Assembly (NCBI GenBank): GCA_951406725.2
Contig: OX597814.1
Location: 208,072,001-208,136,000, forward strand
DNA from: Octopus vulgaris
Lineage: Eukaryota
Direction: 5' to 3'
Length of the DNA stretch: 64,000 nt
Of this stretch, positions 60,536 to 64,000 are shown one piece after another; position 1 is the stretch's first letter, and each line of letters starts with the position of its first letter. The position numbers and the translations under genes are program-made. The notes under the pieces are model-generated. The model worked only from the letters and a program-made list of their open reading frames with translations. It was not told the DNA's origin and did not search any database.

Positions 60536-60933
60536 GGCGCAGGAGTGGCTGTGTGGTAAGTAGCTTGCTAACCAACCACATGGTTCCGGGTTCAGTCCCA
60601 CTGCGTGGCATCTTGGGCAAGTGTCTTCTGCTATAGCCCCGGGCCGACCAATGCCTTGTGAGTAGATTTGGTAGACGGAAACTGAAAGAAGCCTGTTGTA
60701 TATATGTATATATATATATATATGTGTGTGTTTGTGTTTGTCCCCCTAGCATTGCTTGACAACCGATGCTGGTGTGTTTACGTCCCCGTCACTTAGCGGT
60801 TCGGCAAAAGAGACCGATAGAATAAGCACTGGGCTTACAAAGAATAAGTCCCGGTGTCGATTTGCTCGACTAAAGGTGGTGCTCCAGCATGGCCGCAGTC
60901 AAAATGACTGAAACAAGTAAAAGAGTAAAAGAG
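60536..60933 (+). mobile_element. tRNA-derived SINE family A (~390 bp, internal TA/TG tract)
   Basis: A box TGGCTGTGTGG, B box GGTTCAGTCCC, CORE-like cttgggcaagt, tail (gtaaaaga)n. Copies: 4733-5128(-), 16884-17269(+), 31670-31930(-), 37599-37840 plus 39434-39600(-), 45930-46539(+), 50147-50530(+), 55807-56197(+), 56953-57353(-). Confidence 0.9.
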
Positions 60934-61372
60934 ATTAAATATAATACTCAAATATTATTGTGTAGCTCCTCTTCAGCCAGAAACCTGTTCTGGTTCCTCT
61001 AATACTTTAACCCCTTATTTCCTACAATAAAGACACCATTTTGTTACTCTAGAACCAGTAACTAAATAGCAGTAATATGCTAGTGTTGATTCAAGCGACT
61101 GCATGCTCTTCCCTGGAACAAGTGCCTCGTTCCAACTTAAAAGAAAGTTGATATTATTTAGTGCTATCAGAGTGGAGAAATCAGCATGGTTAGATGCAGA
61201 ATAAGCTATCTAGTAACTATTCTGAATTAAAATCTTGCTCAGGCCAAATATGCCTTTCACACCATCAGATTAACAAAATAAACATCTGACTCAATGAGTC
61301 CAGTCATCTGACTATTTTCCTGTTACGAAAGAATCGATCTTTCTCCCAAGCTAAAATGAAACAAACACTTAC

Positions 61373-61456
61373 CTGAACATGCTTATCCTCAACTACAGTA
61401 TGCAGCTCTTTGAGCAAAACTTTGCACATTTCACATTCAGTAGCCTCTTGGAATGG
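61373..61456 (-). CDS. Prosaposin-like exon
   Basis: tttcag| PFQEATECEMCKVLLKELHTVVEDKHVQ |gtaagt; SapB CxxC start. Confidence 0.92.
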
Positions 61457-61752
61457 CTGAAATGGAAAATAAAAATATAGTAAAGTTAGGTAAATTGTTA
61501 TGTCATTGAACTTCACCAATCAATACATTTTGATTGATTATCTATGATTTGGCCGTAATCTTGTCAAACATTTGCTGTGCACACCTGGCATAGGAAAGTG
61601 TGTTTACGTTTATGTTTTAATTGTTCAAAAAGGCAACAGAACTTATCCAAGTTGTCTGTTGACAATTAAATCTAAGGAATCAGTCTGATATCATTATCCT
61701 TGACCATCTCAAGCCAGTCAAGCCATTGATCAAGTTAGTTAAATATGTAAAA

Positions 61753-62135
61753 CTAGCAGTATCGCCCGGCGTTGCTCGGGTTTGTAAGGGAAATAACTAT
61801 ATAAGCATTTTTAGAGAGTTATAGCCAAAAAATAGCAAAAAAAATGATGGTAAATTTTTTTTTAAATCGTTGACTCATCGTAGACATTTTTAGAGAGTTA
61901 CTTCCCTTATATAATAGCGAAAAAATGCATTAAAATGGAAAAAAATGATGGTAAATTTTTTTTTTAAATCGTAGACTCATCGTAGACGCGCACGCTAATA
62001 TCCAGAAGGGCTCGATATGAATCACGACTATAAGATACTTGGTTTTGGTTAAACTGCACCGCAAAATGTGGGAGTAGTTAGGAATCTAAATCGTAGGAGA
62101 CAGACAGCACACAACCTCTCTTTTATATATAAAGA
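61753..62135 (-). mobile_element. Non-autonomous Helitron
   Basis: 5'-TC(tttatatataaaag)...cccgagcaacgccggg hairpin...CTAG-3', sitting between A and T with no TSD. Copies at 3779-4259(-), 5457-5758(-), about 3300-3577(-) and 29542-29912(+). Confidence 0.88.
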
Positions 62136-62198
62136 TAATCAACTGACATGGAGAAAAAAATATAAGTATACATTATACAAATACACAGGTACAATGTT

Positions 62199-62231
<33 letters not shown>

Positions 62232-62959
62232 TGTGTACAGTGCTCAGGTGCACTACAACTCATCTAAAGTGTATATATAATCAGGGGTAGTTTCGGCGGA
62301 TTTCGGAAAGCATGAGGGCCTTAAAGGATGTAGTGTCATGGCAGTCAACAACTGACGCAGGCAGTTTATTCCATGCTTTATTCCAAGAATTGCACAGGTG
62401 AATTAAGCCTGGAACTGCAGGGAATCAAAATCATACTAGTCTACTTGGTTTGATCTAATCAAGGGGAAAATAGGAGTTACTTATTGCTGTTGAGTGGTGA
62501 GAAGTTGTAAGAGTATATAAATATTTTATCTAACATTTTTTAGTGTGTAGACTCGAAATTTGTATATAGCATCTTGATATTAAAACAGTTGAAAAACAAA
62601 AGTATTAATAAAAAAAAAAAGAGGAATTATAAAACTACTCAAATTTATTTGACAAAAAGGAGAAACTAAATGTTTTTTCACTGTTTTACAACCATTTTTT
62701 TTGTTCTTCTCATAAGTTTTGTGCTTTTCCTAATACAAACTACTAAATCATAAAGCTAGAGTGGAAACAATTTCTCTCAATTAGGTAAACTGGGTTTGCT
62801 CATATAATACATTTGCTGTGGTAAGATTGGAACCTATAACTAATTGACTACAGTCTAGTAGACTTAACATTTTGCCTCTTGTAATGCAAGTAAAGAAAAA
62901 ACAAAAATAAAACAAAGTTGTAAATTTTCTAAGTAAAATTTTTTTTTGTTTATACTTAC

Positions 62960-63061
62960 ATTAGCTGTTGAAAATTTCATTTTGCTGAAATGATCAGCAA
63001 CAGCCTGAATAAGAATCTGGGTACTGCACACACCAATGTCATGACAAACAACACTGCTATT
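62960..63061 (-). CDS. Prosaposin-like (multi-SapB) protein, first exon visible (end of an upstream SapB domain plus linker)
   Basis: ttttag| NSSVVCHDIGVCSTQILIQAVADHFSKMKFSTAN |gtaagt; CxxxxxC is the SapB C-terminal pattern; phase 0/0. Confidence 0.85.
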
Positions 63062-64000
63062 CTAAAATAGGAGGAAAAAAAAAAAGAAAAAGAAAGCAGT
63101 GTTGTTAAAACCAGTAACTCATCTTTAAAACCATTTTGATTAAATGCAAGATACTGGTTACAGTTCCAGAGCATTGATAATTTCAAGCTAAAACCTGCCA
63201 ATTATGTATAAACCTAAGCCAATTTTTCATGTCTAAAGTGGTGTTCTAACCATCCCTTTTTTGGTGATGAGAGCATAAGGTATCAGATAAGAACCAACTA
63301 CGAAATATCATTCATACGACAATTGTAACATTTTTCATATTTGTACATCTTCAATGTTCACACTATAGACAGTAGTCCATAAAGAATGCAACATAAACAC
63401 TTAGAGAATTCAGTCAACAGAAAGAAAAAATATACTACCAGCCTACAAACACTACATTAGACTCAATGTGGATTATACCAGCTCCTACTTGGGCCCTAAT
63501 TTTTCTGTTACAAATTACACATAACAGAATACTTTATGCCAACACAAATTGAACAGAGACCACTTTTGTAATGAAATAAAAATTCTCAATATGAAAGACT
63601 ATAAAGCATATAATGAAATAGTTTTCTTAATGTTAAGCATGGTTATATGGTTAACAAGTAGAGTGATAAATCTATAGATAGCTTTTAAATAAGCTGGTGA
63701 TAGATAAGTGACTAAAATACTGAGCCTTGTCTTTAAAAAATACTCTCTTAAAGTGTATTATGCTGTGAAATTAGCCTCGGTGTATTTAATGCATAGTATC
63801 TATTTTGAATCAAAACTGCTGAAAATCCTTTACTAATTTAACATGAGCCTGCATTCTTCTTTTGCTCCAAAACCTATTTTTCTTGAACCCAAATCACCTT
63901 TATCTTGCTATGCTAGTTACCAGAACATAGTGAAAAAATGTGAATATATTTACTGGTGTAGAAAGAAACTATCACAAAGACTTCAAACAGGTTGGGCCAG

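Noticed and set aside
63425-63500. Further prosaposin-like exon
   Set aside because: No SapB Cys pattern and no convincing in-phase splice pair.

Overview
AT-rich, repeat-dense animal genomic DNA with spliceosomal GT-AG introns. The repeat families suggest an octopod cephalopod; this is inference, not checked by search. Two multi-exon genes were reconstructed by hand on the minus strand. The first is the first five coding exons of an axonemal outer-arm dynein heavy chain (DNAH9/11/17 beta-type; ATG at 16292, running off the left edge). The second is the last 13 coding exons (467 aa) of a prosaposin-like multi-SapB protein (enters from the right edge, stop at 32923). Between them lies an intronless 312-aa basic orphan ORF. 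The rest is a nested mosaic of RTE and CR1 LINEs, at least four tRNA-type SINE families, non-autonomous Helitrons, TTAA (piggyBac-type) and other MITEs, Tc1/mariner relics and microsatellites. The most notable signals are: an RTE LINE family with a C4HC3 PHD finger inside its reverse transcriptase, a 3'UTR built of variable ~60-bp hairpin repeats, a (GAT)n tail and frequent placement in TA/TG tracts with inverted junctions; several minimal hammerhead-ribozyme-like motifs in dynein intron 1; the orphan ORF; a DD36E Tc1; and several short local duplications. Repeat boundaries are approximate to a few bases.
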